A DNA stretch of 63,327 nucleotides, counting the filler, from Bigelowiella natans CCMP2755 (Eukaryota; Protista; Cercozoa): NCBI GenBank assembly GCA_000320545.1. It is 5 parts of 5 records of this genome, joined end to end, with 100 filler letters (N's around TTAATTAATTAA, not from the genome) between each part and the next. Parts side by side here need not be neighbours in the genome. Positions count along the whole stretch, not along the records: positions 59,810 to 63,327 come from ADNK01000216.1; 4 more parts are not named here. One strand, given 5' to 3'. Shown piece by piece: positions 61,945 to 63,327 of this stretch. Below the pieces are notes generated by a model. That model saw nothing but the letters and a program-made list of their open reading frames with translations. It was not told the origin of the DNA and searched no databases. The position numbers and the translations under genes were made by a program. Every line of letters begins with the position of its first letter. Position 1 is the stretch's first letter.

Positions 61945-62872
61945 GTGTGTGTGTGTGTGTGTGTGTTTGTCTTTTCTTTCATTGTTTGCGTGCTTATAAC
62001 ATAGTACTGATGCCGATATATGTGGTCCCATCCAGGTTGAGAGCTACGCACACTCGCTGCCATGCTCGCAGAGGGGAGGAGAGGTAGCACTAGAAACAGC
62101 AGCAGCAGCAGCAGCAGTAGTGTTGGTGGTGGTGGTGGGGAGGGGGTGATAAAGGACCCTGGCACCTATCACCAAGCGTAGTCGCAGCATTTGAACAAAA
62201 ATGAAGTTCGTAGACCACAAAGCACCTTGCGCGCGCGCGTGTGCGTGTGCGCGTGCGTGTGCTTTCGAATGAGAAGTCGTATCTGTGCAGGTGATCGAGC
62301 CTATGCTGTCGCAGCAGTGGTATCTCAATACTACCTCGCTTGCTCAGAAGGCCCGGGCGACGGTTCTGGAGCAAAGGTGGGTGAGGAGAGGAGAGGAAAG
62401 AGTGTCGGAGGACCCATGCTTTGGTTGTGCTGATGTAGCCATAGGAGCGTTGTTTGCTCTATATTTACACACAATTACACACACACGCACACACACACAC
62501 GCTTTTTACTGCAAGGTTACGATTCGTTCCAGAGCGGTTTACGAGCACGTTTGTGCGGTGGATGGAGAATCTCCAGGACTGGTGGGAGAAGGGGGGGGGA
62601 GAGAGAGGAGGGAGCATGCGCCTTCATGATTGATTGCGGAGGATGGCCCCCGCGGAAGATAAAAATCCATCAAACATGCTTTAAATATATATATATATAT
62701 ATATAGATATAGATCTTATGTATAGTAAGTTATAGGCTCCATATATCTCAAAATGGTCGAATGATCCGATTACATATGCGTGAGCCTATTTTGAATGGTC
62801 TCCGTGTATATCCCTACAACTGTGTTGTGGGACATCGTAATATCATATGCGCTCGCTCAAACACACACACAC

Positions 62873-62913
<41 letters not shown>

Positions 62914-63228
62914 CACACGCTCACTCACCTCTCCTATGTGGCACTGTTACTCTCAATAAGAGCAGTATATTTAGCAGCAACGTCGATACAGCGCCATTTG
63001 CAAAATACCTTCGTTCTCTTGAATAACCCAGGAATCCCTGTATGGTACATCCCTGACGAGAAAGGGGGAGGGGGGGGGAGTGGTGGCCTCAATGCTGATG
63101 AGAACGCTGCCGCCACCGGTTACTCCCCAAAGGCAGGGGGGGGGTGGGAAGAGGGGCCCTCGAGATACGTTGTAGCAGAGGATGAGGAGGAGGCGAGAAG
63201 GCTCGCGCGACAACAGTATGGCTACGAG
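60164..63228 (+). CDS. valS: Valyl-tRNA synthetase (internal part, probably organellar type), with apparent lesions
   Basis: WVPGTDHAGIATQ, RRLGASCDW..ERFTLD, GLIYRG.RMVNWSPKLRTAVSDIEVE, VATTRPET, FGTGAVNITPAH, VIEPMLSQQWY, WMENLQDW, IPVWY. Confidence 0.93.
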
Positions 63229-63252
63229 GTGATGCTGCTCTCCGATATGATA

Positions 63253-63291
<39 letters not shown>

Positions 63292-63327
63292 TTATATATA
63301 CTTTTTTATGAACATATATCACGTTGC

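Overview
Draft eukaryotic nuclear scaffold made of five contigs joined by artificial 100-nt N/TTAATTAATTAA linkers. It is gene-dense and intron-rich, and many introns are filled with microsatellites. A VIPP1 gene with a signal-plus-transit leader points to an alga with a complex plastid, most plausibly a chlorarachniophyte (inference). Host genes reconstructed by eye across introns: TauE/SafE transporter, a putative glycosyltransferase-like protein, a secreted PAN-EGF-beta-propeller glycoside hydrolase, VIPP1, an ER KDEL protein, a C2H2 zinc-finger protein, MoaC, GpsA-type glycerol-3-phosphate dehydrogenase, a LysM-like/TFIIS-M protein, a TALE homeobox protein, a JmjC/cupin protein, heme-type CBS and ValRS. 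The standout is a very young Ty3/gypsy LTR retrotransposon (5338-11324, apparently identical 326-bp LTRs, CCGT target duplication). Its pol is inverted relative to gag and both LTRs and is bracketed by a 281-bp inverted duplication. The reconstructed polyprotein ends in a degenerate DIRS/Dam-like N6-adenine methyltransferase domain, which the inversion disconnects from Pol. Two other notable signals are intergenic tracts downstream of gene 3' ends that have lost nearly all TpA except in CTAG, and a signal-peptide JmjC protein with a halogenase-like HxG metal motif. All domain calls come from motif recognition; no database searches were run.
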